Source: a virus (taxonomy: Duplodnaviria; Caudoviricetes). Taken from it: a stretch of DNA of 64,000 nucleotides. Where the stretch lies: the IMG/VR virus record IMGVR_UViG_3300020112_000942, positions 32,001-96,000 of that record; one strand, 5' to 3'. The translations under genes and the position numbers were made by a program. Below, piece by piece: positions 1 through 14,756 of the stretch (position 1 is its first letter; every line of letters starts with the position of its first letter). The notes beneath the pieces are model-generated. The model made no database searches. It saw nothing but the letters and a program-made list of their open reading frames with translations, and was not told the DNA's origin.

Positions 1-2
1 TT

Positions 3-3000
3 AAAAAATATCTTGAACTTGGCGGCATGGATGAAGAAACCTATAATAAAAATCGAAAAGATGCTAATGGAATTGAAACTATATATCAAGCTTATAGAGC
101 AGGATTGACAACTGAAGGTCTTTAGGCATACGGCGAAAAAATAAATTTATCTGATGAGGAGATAAAAGCTGTTGAGAATTTTGCTTCTGGCAAAGGAGAT
201 ATGTCAAAGAAAGAACTCGACAGATATGCCGACAACTTTAGTAGTGGAACAGAATAGGCTGTCGCTCAGCAACAAGCAGACGAGCAGGCGGCAATTTGGC
301 AAAGCGCTGTCGATAATATTTCAGGTGTTCTCAATAAAAACGCAGAAGACTTTGAAGATTGGAGTTCAAATTAGGTTACAGCATATCAGAATGCCGTTAA
401 CTCAGTTATTAGTACTGCAGGGGAAGATAATGTTGAATCTGCAAAAGAGTATCTGAATGAATTATAGGGATTGTTTGATAAAGAAGGCTTAAGTCCAGAA
501 AAGGCAACTGAATTTATCCAGTCAATTGATTGGTCTAAAGCAAATGCTCTTAATGCCTCCCAATTTAAAGAAGATACTATAAAAACAATTGAAGAAATTT
601 TTGGTATATCAGAAGAAAAAGCAACAGAATATTATGATTTACTTGAATAGAAAGCTGAAGCCGCAAACTTATTCTCACTTGAAGGCGTTGACCTCACTTC
701 TGTAATTGAATATGGAGAAACTATTGATAAGATTTCTAAGGTATTCTCTCAGAGCGGTGATAAATTAGCAGACTATTTTGCACAAGGAACTGAGTATGCG
801 TCTGTATTAGCAGAAAACTATGAAGATGTTGATAAAGTTTTGAGAGACCTCGAAAAGGCAGGCATGAAAAATCTTGAGAATGTGCTGCAATATAATGAGG
901 CTACTGGAGAATATGAGTTACATACAACAGAACTTTAGAAGATAATGAACAGATATTCTTCAGAGGCACTGGAGAATCTGAAAAGAGAAAAGAAGGCAAA
1001 TGAAGAACTTATTAGACAAAAAGAAGAAGAAATTTCTAAACTTGATAAAGCCAAAGATGAAGATGCTGAAACAATTGAAAAATTAAGACAAGAAGTTGCT
1101 CAATATGAGGCGGCAAATGATGCTCTCGATTCTACAATCAATAACGTTTCTAATTTGAATGGTTTACTTGACCACACAGTAAACAATTGTAAAAATGCTG
1201 CTTACTGGCTTGGTAAAATGGGCGATTATTCAGGGTCATTCTCTAAAGCTCTTAGTGATATGACATCTGATGGTTTCTTAAAAGCGAATACACTTAAGGA
1301 ATTACAATCAACATTCAAATATAGTGGTATTGATATTAGCTCAATGCTTGGTAATGACTTAAGCATTAATGCAGGCGAGTTTTATAATAGTTTATTGAAT
1401 GAAATAGATAAGCAAATTGCAGATGGTAGATATGCTAATGCAACCAAGGAAGAGCGATTGTAGCTTGCTGCTTGGCGTAGAGAGATACAAATGACATATA
1501 ATGAGTATCTTGATAAACAGGCAGAATTTAAAGATGAAGCAGGCAAAAAACAAGAAGAGTTAAGAAAGGCTAATGAGGCTTATGCTAAGCAGTTAGAGAC
1601 CGTAGCAGAAAAACAGAAGAAGTTAAATGATACTATTGATAAATATAATGACCTTGTTTATGGAAAAGATAATCGTGAGTCTGGTCTTGATATGCTTTAT
1701 AACTACGATACTGCAATTGAGGCATTTACAGATGAACTCACCAGAGCAAAGGATGCGTTAAGTGATGTAAAAACAATAGACGAGGCTACCGAAGCTATCC
1801 AGAAATATACTGGAGCAACTCATGCATTGCTTGCTGAACAAAGAGCTAAAAAAGCTACCATTCAGGCTGGTCTTGATAACTATGCTAATCAAATTGAAAA
1901 CGGTAGCGTTTCATATTATGATAGTTATAATGGAAAACAGGTTAGTGCTAATTTTGGTGATTACGCTCGCCTTGATGAAAGAACTGGAAGATATGTACTT
2001 AATTAGCAGTTATTAAATAGAGCTAAATTTAATGATGACTTCAAGAACTTAATTGAAAAGAACATTGAAACATACAATAAGTACAAAACAGAAATGGAAA
2101 AAATTGATGATGAAATTCTTAAACAAGAAAAAGAACTTGAAGAATATCGTAAACAAAGCCTTGCTAACTATGTTAAAATGGAGCAAGAGATTGCTGAGGC
2201 ATTGAAAGCTGCATATGAAGAATAGATAGATGATTTAAAAGATAAGTATGACTCAATGAAAGACGCTGACGATGATTACCTTGATGCTTTATAGGATGCA
2301 ATTGAAAAACAGAGAAAATTAAGAGAAAAAGAAAATAAATATGAAGAACTGGCACAAAAAGAAAAGAAACTTTCTTTGATGCAAAGAGATACATCTGGTG
2401 CTAATGCACTTGAAACTCGTCAACTTGAAAAGGAAGTTCAAGACGACAGACAATCATTGCTTGACTCTGCAATTGATGATGTTATTGATGGTCTTTCTAA
2501 GTTATATGAATCACAACAAGAACTTAGAGACGAAGAGATAGAATTGAAAGAAGCACTCCTCGAAAATACTATCTACTGGAATTCTCAAGCAGAAGGACTT
2601 GCAGCATCATTCACTTCTACAGAAGAATATATGAATTATATGGCTGGTCTTTCAACAGAGTTTGCTGAAATGACTTTAGCTTAGCAAGAACAAAAACTCA
2701 ACGAATATGGAGAAACCTATTCACAAGCAAGTGCTTATATGGCAATGGTTGCTATGGATAATGCAAGTGAAACTGGCGACTTTATAGTTGACGTAACAAC
2801 AGTATCTGGTGAAGAAGTTTCAACAATCGTTGCTACAACAGCAGAGACATTTACTTCAGAAGTAACTCGTGCATATGACGAGACAACTGAAAACTTCAAG
2901 AAGAATTTGTAGGACGCTGAAGCAGAAATTCAAAGTGCTCAGGCTGATTTACAAGAAGCTGTTAATAAACTTGCTGAATGTGCGACAGCAGCTAATGCAG

Positions 3001-3752
3001 CGGCCGAGGCTTATAGAAGAGCAAAAGAGGCTAAGGAAGATGCAGAAGGATGGAATCCAGATTTTGGTGGCTCTCCTGAAGTGCAAAAGGACGCTGCGGC
3101 TTCACAAGTCGCATCCTCAATTTATTCAAGACTTACTGAGGCTGGTGTAAATCACAATGCCCTTGATGATATTAGTCATAAAACAAGTGGTGCTGAAGAA
3201 CTTGCTACTATGGTTAGACAATTAAATGTAGACAAAAAAGGAACTGTATTTAATTTTGAATCCGAAGAGGAAGCAAAGATTGTAGCAGATGCATTTAAGA
3301 ATAATGGCAATGATAGATTTATTGGTAGAGTCGGAGATGAATATAGAATATTCAAAGATGAAAGCGAGAGAAATAGATGGATTGATTCTAATGCTTATTC
3401 AATGAAGGGTAACGTTAAGAAATATTTAGGCGGTGGACTTGTAGACTACACTGGTCCTGCTTGGGTAGACGGTACCCCAGAAAGACCTGAATCATTCCTT
3501 AATGCCGAAGACACAGCTCGTATCGGTAGTGCCGCAAAAATCTTATCAGACATTCCACTTCTTGCTGACTCTGACAGAGCAGAAAGAATAGTTAACAACT
3601 CAGTTGGTGACACAAATATTGAAATTCATATGAACATTGACCATATTGATTCTGACGTAGACCTTGAAGAAGTTGTTGAAAGAGTTAAGGACGAAGTTGT
3701 TGCAGTCGCAAGACCTGCTGGCACAAACGTCATTCTCAATCAACACGTATAA
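3..3752 (+). CDS. Tape measure protein, C-terminal part (5' truncated; read through about 11 in-frame TAG)
   Basis: Track ORFs 945, 1491, 2376 and 3081 share one frame, broken only by TAG (e.g. 123, 1461, 2004, 2682) and ending TAA 3750. Long helical K/E/A-rich product with a typical TMP C-terminal motif (GGGLVDYTGPAWVDGT..PE). Confidence 0.85.
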
Positions 3753-3803
3753 TATTTAATGGCGTCGCTCTGCGGCGCCACCCATGATAAGGAGGGATTA
3801 AAC

Positions 3804-4520
3804 ATGAATTTCGTTCCACGTTTAACCAAACCAGAGGCCGGCAATAAATATTATATCACCAAAGCGAAAGGCGGCTGGTCAACTGCAATCATCGGTAGTC
3901 CAACCGATGCCGACTGTAATGTTCTTGCCAATTGCGTGGGGTACGCTTTTGGAAGATTCAATGAGATTGCGGGTAATGAAAAGATGACATATCTTCTTCC
4001 CGTAAATGCAGAAAACTTTTTTAGTGTTGCTAAGTCACAAGGATTACAAACAGGTAGTGTTCCTAAACTTGGTGCCATTATGTGCTGGGCAAAGGGGCTC
4101 GCAGGCGTAAGTAGTGACGGAGCAGGTCATGTGGCAGTAGTCGAAAAAATTATTGATGATACTACTGTCCTTACATCAGAGTCTGGATATGGATGTGCAA
4201 ATCCATTTTGGACTTCAACTCGTAAAAAGGGAGATGGAAACTGGGGTTCTGGTGGTTCATATACCTTCTTAGGTTTTATTTATTAGCCAGAAGACATTCC
4301 AACACCAATTCCTACTCGTACAATTGTTAAGGGGATGCAAGGAGAGGATGTAAAGTTGATGCAACAAAAACTTGCAGATAATGGATACCTAAGACAGAAT
4401 GAAGTTGATGGTGATTTCGGTAAAATTACACTCGGCGGTTTGCTTGCTTACCAATTTGAAAACGGATTGGAAGTAGATGGCAAATGCGGAAGAATGACTA
4501 AAAATTCATTAGGTATGTAA
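3804..4520 (+). CDS. CHAP-domain peptidoglycan hydrolase with C-terminal PG-binding domain (one in-frame TAG)
   Basis: NCVGYA, GHVAVVE and SES CHAP motifs. TAG 4284-4286 continues in frame to PG_binding_1-like GEDVKLMQQKL..VDGDFG..T. RBS AGGAGG; stop TAA. Confidence 0.85.
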
Positions 4521-4525
4521 GCAGA

Positions 4526-4558
4526 TAGGGGCTTAGCAAATTGCTAAGCCCTTTATTT
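4526..4558 (+). terminator. Intrinsic terminator
   Basis: GGGCTTAGCA-aat-TGCTAAGCCC followed by TTTATTT. Confidence 0.8.
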
Positions 4559-4559
4559 G

Positions 4560-4595
4560 TTAGAGAAAAATATATCTTTTCCTACATTATTATAG
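4560..4595 (+). promoter_or_regulatory. Candidate phage-specific bipartite promoter, copy 1
   Basis: TTAGA-N19-ACATTATTATAG; 27/36 identical to the copy at 43405-43440 (-). Confidence 0.55.
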
Positions 4596-4603
4596 ACAAG
4601 AGC

Positions 4604-4632
4604 TTGACTTTGTCAGCAAAATGGTGTATAAT
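4604..4632 (+). promoter_or_regulatory. sigmaA/sigma70-type promoter
   Basis: TTGACT-17-TATAAT. Confidence 0.85.
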
Positions 4633-4656
4633 AAAAGAAAAAGCGAGGTGAAGTTT

Positions 4657-7600
4657 ATGAAAGCCATTGACTTTAGAGGATTTCGCTTTGGTAAGATTCA
4701 TACCAGCGACCTTCACTTAGAAGTCGTAAGTACATCAGATAGATATGAGGCGAGAGTGTTGCCGAATCCAACTGATGTAACAACGGATGTTCCTGGCAGT
4801 GATGGACAATATTATTTTGGTTCTGTTTATAAAAACAGAGAAATCACTTGTAATGTTGCTTTTAATAACGTGTCTGAAAAAGACTATCGTAGAATTAGAT
4901 AGTTGTTTGCAACAGATAAACTTCAAGATTTGGTTTTTGATGAAGAACCATATAAGACTTGGAGAGCAAAATTAAAATCAAAACCAGAATTTAAGTCGCT
5001 TTGTTTTACAGACAAAGAGACGGGAGAAAGGGTGTATAAAGGTGACGGTAAACTTCAATTCATTTGTTATTATCCTTATGCTTTTGGATTTGATAAATAT
5101 GTCGTTAGGGCGGCAGATTATTACACTCTAAATCCGCCAGAGTGTATTATTAAAGAAGCATATTCAGATGAAACTTTTGTAAAGAACAAAAAGAACAAGC
5201 CTGAATATCCAGATTTACCTGAGGATACAAAATATCATTACAACGTAAATCCAAGTGATTATGAAGGCGGAACCCATGAAGAGCAAATAGAACTTGGTTT
5301 TTATAGGGATAAGACTCATAGAAATAAACATAACAGAGGATGGGACCCCAACGACAACATCCCTTGGAAGACTGGATTCCCAACATATGACCAGGTTGCG
5401 GCAGGAGAATTGTTCTTTGATACTCCACAAGGAGAGAAGACAATTGTTGATGTTCGTACATACTGGGATAACGTACCAGAGTGGGAAGGGACAGCTAAGC
5501 TATTGACTACTCCAACTTTGGATTTTGAACAAGAACTTATGTATCTTCCTCAATATTCAAAAACAGACTATATCAACATGGAAACAGGATTCCAAAGTGG
5601 AAAGGCTATGATTGGTTCAAGACTGCTCGTTTATAATCCTGGCGACTTACCAGTTGAATGGGAGTTAAAGTTTAATGAGAACAAGCGTAGTTTCTGGTCC
5701 TGCCGTGGTGGTGCTAAATTTAGAATAAGACGTTTTAATGTTGAGCGTCTTTCAGTTGAATAGGCTGTCGATTGGTGTGGTTTAAAGACCTATGAAGTGG
5801 CAGACGATGATTATTGGAAATACGGATATAAATACTTTAAGAGAAGAATAATGCCAACTGAGGAGTTGGTCAGAGCACTTGAAGCAGAAAAGAATAGAGG
5901 AAAAGATGCTGAATATCCAAAAATAATGAAAAGTATAGATGATATACACGACAGTATTATTGGTTATTACTCAATAGACGAGTTAATTGAAAAAATTAAA
6001 CAAGGCATTTTACCATTTGATAAACAGTGGGAAAAATGGGATGGAGATAATTATGCAGCTTATGCAATGGATAAATTACCTAATGAATATACCTCAAGTA
6101 CTCATACTCGTGATTTATTAAAAACACAATCAATAGCATTTAATACACATTTGGATGAGTGGAATCGTTTATTGGAGAACAATGGCTTCAATACATTGAA
6201 AGAATTAGGAGACGCCCATCCAAGACATTGCTATTATGTTGAGCCGATTCCAAAAGAGAAATTAGGTCATTACATTAAACTGTTTTATTGGCAGACAATT
6301 CAATGGAGAGGTGACCAACTCCCAGATGGCAGTTGGACAGCAAACGAGAGATACAGAGAAATGATTAAGGATTGCCTGAACGAAGATGGAACAATCATTG
6401 ATGAAAAGAATCCGCTAATATAGATGGCGTTAATGTTTGCTCGAATTGAAGGCAATAAATTGCAAACATTGGCATCAAACACATACAGAAAAATCTATGC
6501 AAAACTTGATTTTGAAGAAGGCATTGCATTTGCCAATAGATATGAAGAAATGTATGAGCTTTGTATTGATGATGATGAACGTTATGAATTGTATTGGGAT
6601 ACATTGAAAAGATTGCTTGCTTTGTTCGCTCCAATAATAGAGCAAACATTACTTGAAGAAATGGATGTTTTGCCTGGTGCAACGGACGAGAGTAATGTAT
6701 CTTTATTCACTTCAGAAGAAGCAATTGAAAACTTTATTTATTCATATATCAATCAGCCGGCGGAATATATATCATCTGATATGAGAGACCTTGATTATGA
6801 CAATGAAGTGTTTAATGGCTATAAAATGCCACAATGGTTTACACAAGATTATATGGAGATAGACCAAATGTCACTATCAGGCGTTGAAACAGCAAAGGCT
6901 TTCTTAACAGCGGTCGGCGAAGGCTTTGATAAGGTATTCACAGGAAGTCTCAGAAAGTACGAGAAAAAGGACAGAGACTACTTGGAGGCACAAGGTAATT
7001 ATACAAAACTTATTCATACGCTTGATTCTACCATTGGATTAAATGGATACATCAATGATTTACTTGATGACGAATATTTCTTCAACACAGATAATCGTAT
7101 GTTGTATACAATGCAGAATCCTTATGGTGCAGAGTTTGTTTATAAGCCAAATAAGATTGTAATGAATGATGCCATTGTAAAGGGTAAATGGTTTAAACTG
7201 CCTCCTGGATGGTCATTGATTTGCATTGAGCCAGTTGTTGATGAATCTCTTTGGGGAGGAAAACGCTGGGAAGATGGTAGACCTTATGATTGGGGCTATG
7301 GCGGCGATGAGAACAGAAATCCAAGAGAAGTACAACAGTTATATAATTATGTATATAAATTATCAAGAGATGAGTTTTTCAAGATTCATCCTAAAGAAAC
7401 TATCTGGCAAGACGGCGGAAAAGAGACAGCCAATATAATTCCAACTGAAAATATGATGTACACAAGAATCAGCGAAGAGCCAGGTGATATTACCATAGAT
7501 GATGATGAATATATTAAATTCAATGTATGGTATGAACGCCTCTTCAATTTACACAATAAAGGAGCAAACTATTTTGCAAAGAGTTTTTATCATAAACTAA

Positions 7601-7896
7601 AAGCCGATGCAGAATATGAGTTCTTAAAAATCATACACAGCAACTGGACAGCAATATCTAAGTTCTGTAATTGGACTGCTTACAAAGGAGTATATGTTGA
7701 CCCAGATACCGGTAAGGCATTACAGCTTGATGATTTCGATATTACTGGTCGCCCACTTAGAACTATTAATGGCGATATAAGTGACTGGTGGTGGTATGCT
7801 TGTAACTACTTATGGGCAAACTTCCCTCCATTATATTGGGGCGTAGCTGATATGCTTAATGACATAAAGATTAAATACACACCTTTATTCTATTAA
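4657..7896 (+). CDS. Large distal-tail (Dit-like) protein, about 1079 aa with 3 TAG
   Basis: N-terminus resembles Siphovirus tail components (DVPGSDGQYYFG, LVFDEEPYK..RAK, F.CYYPYA); later YNPGDLP. TAG at 4900, 5761 and 6421; stop TAA. Confidence 0.75.
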
Positions 7897-7910
7897 TGCG
7901 AGGTGAGAGA

Positions 7911-10900
7911 ATGGCAATGAAAAAAAGACCATACGAATTAAGTGTATGGGTTGAGCAGCTCAATGGTAGCAACTCAAAGATTGAAAAAAAGGGTATCATT
8001 ATTGGTGCCCATGACATGTCATATCTCGGTAAAGCAACAAACCTTGTTCTTAAAAGGGAACTAAAGGGAACTAACACACTCACATTCCAGATGCCTGATA
8101 GATACTTTGATTCTCTATCAGGCGAGTATGTGAGAAACGAGTTCATTGATATGCTTTACAATGAAGCTAAACTTAAACTATTCTATAAAGATAGATGGTA
8201 TGAGTTCTTCATCAAGAAGATTGACGAAAAGAAACAACATAAAAGCTATATGAAAACATTTACTTGTACAGATGCTTTTATTGATGAATTATCAAGAAAT
8301 GGATATGGTATAACATATGATACTGATTTGTATAATAATGTTGAAGAAGTGGGTACGTTCTCGGAAAGAACATTAAAGGATAGTATTTGGAAATATCACC
8401 CAGAACATAACTGGGGCGATTTCACTGAATACAAAGAAGAAAAACTTTATAAGATTCCCGTATCCCAGTTCGGCGGCACAATTAATGGTTATAAACTCAG
8501 CTTTGCTCTTAGTCCAGAACAGATATATGACGTAAGAAAAAAGTGGAATACAGACCTCGTTACCAATGTGTTTAATGGAGATATTAGACAGGTAGAATTA
8601 AGTGACGATATGTGTCGAGGAGTTTTCTGGGATTAGTATGTACACGGTGCCGCAAAAGATAACTCTTTGAAGAAAGATATGCACACAAATATTCCTAATG
8701 ATGGATATATTTATGTTCCTTATTCATGCCTTGGATTTTGCTATGGCTCTAAAGATGAGCCTGACGAAACCCAACCATTGAAATATGATAGGGCGGCGAC
8801 AGAAACAGCAATTGATATTGATGGAAAGTTAATTCTTGCACCACAAAGCGTAGACCCAAGAACTATTATTCAATTCTATGCAATTCCAAAAGATACAATT
8901 CTTGAGATTGATGATGCCGGAGTAATCATGGATAAAGAATATAGTTTCTTCATGACGCTTGCCGATTGGAATAGAAATGTTCTCGGCAATAATTGGTATA
9001 TGTTTGAAGATACAAGATTGGTTCGTGCTGAATCTCTTGGCTCAGTAGATTAGAACCAACCTACTATTAGCCATACTTTTAAATATTTAAAAACTGCAAA
9101 TAAAAGCCTTTTGAATACAGACTGGGAATCAAGAGGAAACAAGGTAGTATTTTATGATGGATATTTAAGCGACATTAATGATATTGGTATTATTAAGGGC
9201 AAGAAGTTCTCCATCTCAAATAGAACAGAAGTTAATATCTCTGAGGACATTGACTCATATCCAACAATATATAATGCTCAGGCAAATGATTTTGCAGAGT
9301 CTTATACAAATGAAAAATGGGAATATGATAGCGAGAAAGATGGCCACTACAGAGTTTGTTCTAAATTAGCAACAAGACAGGTTATTCCACAGCTCGCAAG
9401 AAATTTGGTTCAGAATGGAACTAACATGGACTCCATAGACGGATGGGCGCCAATGGAATATCTCATTGAGGAAAGTACAATTACTACACCTTCTGTAGTC
9501 TTAAGGGGCGTAATAAATGAATAGAGTGACGAATCTATTTATACATCTGCTTTACATTACTTCCCATCTGTAGCAAGAGTTGGTTATAAAGTAAGATTAA
9601 AGGTATCATAGGAAGATGCAATTTATGGTGTTACTTTTTCATACAATGGCTCAAAAACCGTTTCATTGAATGATGGAGATTTTGTAAAGAATAATAAGGA
9701 TTATTGTGATAATGTATTGACACAATTAAATGATAAATGCAATGAAGCAATTGGCAATTACGTAGAAATTTATTATGTTGGTACTGAGGTATATTACAAA
9801 GAAATAATTGATGGCGTTCCAACATATAAAAAATTCTGTTCAAAAAATGATTTCTTCCATAATGCTCTTAAGAGGGCGACAACCGTAGAGATTGAAGAAA
9901 CCACTGATATTGAGCAAGTATCACCAAATAATGATGGTATTATTAAATATGTTTTGGTTAACCCAACGATTACACCATCTTCCACTGGTAACAGGTCAGA
10001 ACCTCCTACTATTGCTTGGGAAGAAGATAAGAACCCAAAGACAAAAACAGGTTCTATTACCAATGGTAGACAAATGGTAAACTTTGGTATTATCGGACAG
10101 GAAAAGAAAATCGAGAAGCAAAAGATTTATTGTCTTGGTGTTGCGGCAAAGATGAAAGCCGATACATCTTTCTCAATTAAAATAGGAAAGGGTACTTTGA
10201 TTTCAGAAGGTAAATATGAATTTGCAAATGATGATATCTTAACATTTGATGCTCAGAGCGACCTTGGCATTGAGTCAGGAGAATTACCAGAGGGCTATGA
10301 TGATGAAAAGAAGAATATTGTTGTGCCAAAAACTTCGATTAAATCAAACTTTATCTTATTTAAAACAGAAAAGGATATTGAGAACCCTTATTTCGTAATC
10401 GAATCTGAAGACGAAATGATATTGCTAAAGGCTTATTTATTTGAGGCTTATACAAAAGGTGTAGATAGTTTTGAAAACGATGGTTTAGTTTTCAGATACA
10501 GTGGAAGAGATTTATTCTGGCCGCCAACTAAGATTGCTCAATTAAAGGATGCAAAGCCTAATACTATATATACCTATACTTATCCTTTACCAGAGGAAGA
10601 AATGAGAAAGTATATCTTGTTTGAAGACGATATCATGCTTGGCTCAACTTATGGCTACCAACAGTATTTCATTTAGAGATTAAAAACAATTGAAGAAGAG
10701 CCAAAATATTATGATACAATGGGTAAAAAGAATTTTATTTCAACAGATAAACAAGAGTTTGTTGAGGGCGAATTACCTTTGGATGCAGCTCAATACACAG
10801 AGGATGATTATGAAATTCAAACCAATTATATCGACTTAAATAAATGTCCTTACTATGATTAGGAGGCAGATATTGAAAGTTGTGATTGTACCCATAGCGG

Positions 10901-13900
10901 CGGACATTCTTGTTATTATCAGAAGTTTGGCTATTGTCCTTACAGATTCGAGGCTGAAAAGCATCCTCGTAGAGTAAGAACATTGTCTGTTAGTAAATCT
11001 AACCGCTTCAATATTATTCAAGAAATCAGCAAGGTTTTTGAAATCTATCCTCAATTCTATATTCAACATAAATCAAATGGTAGTGTTGTAAGAGATAATA
11101 ATGAAGATTATTTAAAAGAATTATTCTTTATAACTGAAAAGGGCGTTGAAAATAAAATCGGATTTAGATATGAAAAGAACTTAAAAGACATTAGTAGAAA
11201 TGTAGTTAGTGATTAGATAGTTACAAAGCTATATGTTCTTGATGTTGATAGTGAGTTATCTAAAACTGGTATGTGTTCAATTAAAACAGCAGAAGACAAT
11301 CCATCAAAAGACAGTTACTTAGTTGACCTATCTTATTACATTCAGAAAGGTATGTTGGATGCGGATGAAGTTGAGTAGGATTTATATGGTAAGACTCCAA
11401 CAATAGGAGACTTAAAAGGCCTTGATACAATTCCTTCTGGTTTCTTGTATCAGCTTGGATATTACAATAAGCAGTATGATGATTTAAGTAATAAGATTAT
11501 TAATTTACAAGATGCGTCATTTACTGAACTTGAAGCAAACCTAACCGTTAACTACGAGGGTATCATTACTGCACAAGAGCAGATTTTAAAAATAAAAAGA
11601 CAATTGCAGAAATATAAAGATGCTTATGAAGTTGCAAAACCAGAAGACTATAAAGAACAATAGGCATATCAGAACTATCTAACAAAACTCTCAGAACAAG
11701 AGTCTATTTTAATTCAACTTATTTATTCCACATTCTATACTAATGGACTTTGTGACCCGGCGGCATTTGATGATAAGTATCCTTATCATAAGGAAGCTCC
11801 TGCGGCGGACGCAACAGCACTTGATTTCTTCAGTAGAATTACTGACTTAACCGAATCTAAAAAGTATTGGATAGATGCTCATAAATACTCTATGGGTATT
11901 CTTGGACAGTTCAATAGAGAATATACTCAAATTCAGCAATGGAAGAGAGAAAGGGCAAGTTATCTTAAATTGATTAACCAAATTTCTTCAGCCTTCTATA
12001 AGAAGTATGAACCATATTTGAAGGAAGGTACTTGGTCTGATAGTAACTATCTAACTGATAATGCATACTATTTCGGTGCACTTGATGTTCAAGCAGAGGG
12101 TGCAATTCCAAAGGTGTCATATACAATTAATGTTATCGACTTAGCTCCACTTGGAGAAGAGTATGAAGATGTATATGAGTTTGATATTGCAGATGTTAGT
12201 TATGTTGAAGATATTGGTATGTTTGGTATTAATAAACACACTGGTCTTCCAAATAGACTTAAAGTTCTCATCTCTGCTGTTAGTGAAACACTTGACGATG
12301 GCAGTAAAAACTCTATTACCGTATAGAACTTTACAACATCATTCCAGGATTTATTCCAGTAGGTGAGTGCATCAGTACAGTCATTAACATATAATGAAAA
12401 TATCTATAAGCGTTCTTCTAACTTCACTTCACTATAGGGTGTTAAAACTGAGAGTCTACAACAAACACTTGATGGTAATGATTTAACTCTTCTTGACACT
12501 GATGAGAACAACATTTAGGTTGATAATAGCGGTACAAGAGGTAGTGACATTAACAACCATGCAAACAAGTATAAACTTGATGGTCAAGGTTTATTCTTCT
12601 CTAATGATGGTGGACAACACTGGAGTGTTGGTGTTGGACCAAGTGGTATCAATGCTGATTACATTAAGGTTGGTACATTAGATGCCGGCAAGATAAGAAT
12701 TGCAGACGGTAATTATATTTATTTCTCTTGGGATAAAGATGGTATTGTTGCTTACAGAGACCCACAAGGTATAAATACAAATTCAAACAATCTCGATGAC
12801 TCAGCTATATTTAATAAGTATGGACTTAGTATTGTTCAAAATGGTAATATTAAATTAAGAGCTGGATATAATTTCAATGGTGAAGCTGGTAAGATTTTAT
12901 CAGAGAAAGAAATGGGAGAGAACGTTGGATTCTATTTATATAATAGTGCAGGTGAAATTATTTTTGCAACAGCAGATATTACAAATACAAATGATGAGCA
13001 ATCTATTGCCGCAGAAACAGCACAATTATATTTGAAAGGTGAAATGCTTGTCACAAACACAGCTCGTTCAAATGTCGTTAGTGGATATTCTTATAAAGGC
13101 CCGGCTGTTAAAGAAGAGAGTAGACAAACTCGTTAGATATTAACAAATAAAATGATTGCAACTTCAGATACCACAGATTATCAAAATATTGATGAAAGTG
13201 CAGATATAAATAAATTATTAAAACAATCTGGTGCTTATCTACTTCACGGATTAAATAATGGAGATAGTAGAAATGTTACTATTTCAATAACTAAAGAAAC
13301 AGAATAGGGGACTGAAACAGAAACTAAGACATATACACTTATTAGACAAAATTCATCAACGGGTAATGTTGGATTTGTTAATACTGGCGATGGAAATAAG
13401 TATACAATCTATGAAACATTTACAATAGAAGTAAAAGATAGTTAGGATAGATTTAATTGCGTTATGTTTACTGACGCAAAGAAGTATTATGGTGAACCAG
13501 AATGTTTGAGTACTGGTGGTACAATAAATGCTATATCATTCTATGATGTTTCCGTTTCTGGTTATGGGGAAAAAGCAGAAGAAAAAACAATAGAAACTTG
13601 TGTTAATATAGGTGATAGAAATAATACTGATAATACATTTGGTTATAAATATTGCTTTACAAAGTCATAGCATTATTTTATAAGAGAAGGCGATGAAATA
13701 AAATACACCAATGTTGGTGATGAACAAAAATCAGAAAAAGAAGGAAGAGTAGCTTTATATTTAAATAACAAGAAAGATTTAAACGACGTAAGCTCTTTAG
13801 AGGAGGGCACAAGGCGTTTATTTGTATGTTGTAATGACCAAAGAAATATTTTCTCAATACTCAAAAATGGTACTTTATATATCGGAGGAACAATCACAGG

Positions 13901-14330
13901 CGCACCAAATGCTGCAAGTCTTCCCGATGCAATTGAAATTAAAGATGCAGGTATTATAATTAATGACGTAGGAGAATTACGAATGGATTTTAAAAATATT
14001 CTCGGAAGAGATGGTCAAAGTCTTACTACATATATTACAGAACAAATTGTAGCAGAAAGTCAGGCACTAACAACGCTGGTTGAAGGTATGATTTCAAGTG
14101 CAACGTCAAATGTTTCACGAGAAGGACACACTCATCAATTGGAATTGGGTGTCAAAGGTCCACAATAGTATTATTACGATAACAACGATACCCCTCAACA
14201 ATCATTACCTGGTGATTGGGGAGACGCTACAGTTGCTTCATGGTCAAACCCTGGTCGATCATTTAGAATGACGCTTAAAGACTTATTAAATACAATACGT
14301 CAATGTTATGTAAGCGGTAATACATGGTAA
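7911..14330 (+). CDS. Giant tail/baseplate (Tal-like/host-specificity) protein, about 2139 aa with at least 15 TAG
   Basis: All same-frame track ORFs from 7896 to 14168 join through TAG; stop TAA 14328. Contains phage tail motifs GTNTLTFQMP and GINADYIKVGTLDA; follows Dit. Confidence 0.75.
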
Positions 14331-14341
14331 GAGGTGAATAT

Positions 14342-14719
14342 ATGATTTACAAATCACAAAATGTTGATGCCCTCTCTGGGTTAATCAATGAAATAAAAGG
14401 AAAAACTTTTGATATTAACACTCAATATAAATTCCTCAAAATATCAAAAGCATTACAAGAAGAAATAAGCATAATCACAGAGCAAAAGGAGTTTTTGTTA
14501 CAATCATATGCAGATAAAGATGCAAACGGAAACCTCATCTTTAGTTCGGATGGCGGCATAAAAATAAAAGAGGATTGTCTGTTAGCTTGTGCTGATAAAA
14601 TCAGTGAAATTAACAATAGACAAATCACTCTTCCCGACATCTATTTTTCTCTTGATGAACTTGAGCCGCTCGGTCTTACACTGGGCGAGCTTGAATTGCT
14701 CGAACCATTCATTAAATAA
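14342..14719 (+). CDS. Small tail-associated hypothetical protein
   Basis: RBS GAGGTG; follows the tail gene; no TAG. Confidence 0.6.
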   Translation: MIYKSQNVDALSGLINEIKGKTFDINTQYKFLKISKALQEEISIITEQKEFLLQSYADKDANGNLIFSSDGGIKIKEDCLLACADKISEINNRQITLPDIYFSLDELEPLGLTLGELELLEPFIK

Positions 14720-14756
14720 GAAAAACCCCTCTCAAATGAGAGGGGTTTTATTTTTT
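14720..14756. terminator. Bidirectional intrinsic terminator between convergent arms
   Basis: AAAAACCCCTCTCA-aa-TGAGAGGGGTTTTATTTTTT. Confidence 0.85.

Noticed and set aside
1-14330. Fragmented tail ORFs as pseudogenes or a decayed prophage
   Set aside because: Breaks are all TAG, the frame is preserved, and there are no frameshifts or TAA/TGA interruptions. This indicates recoding, not decay.
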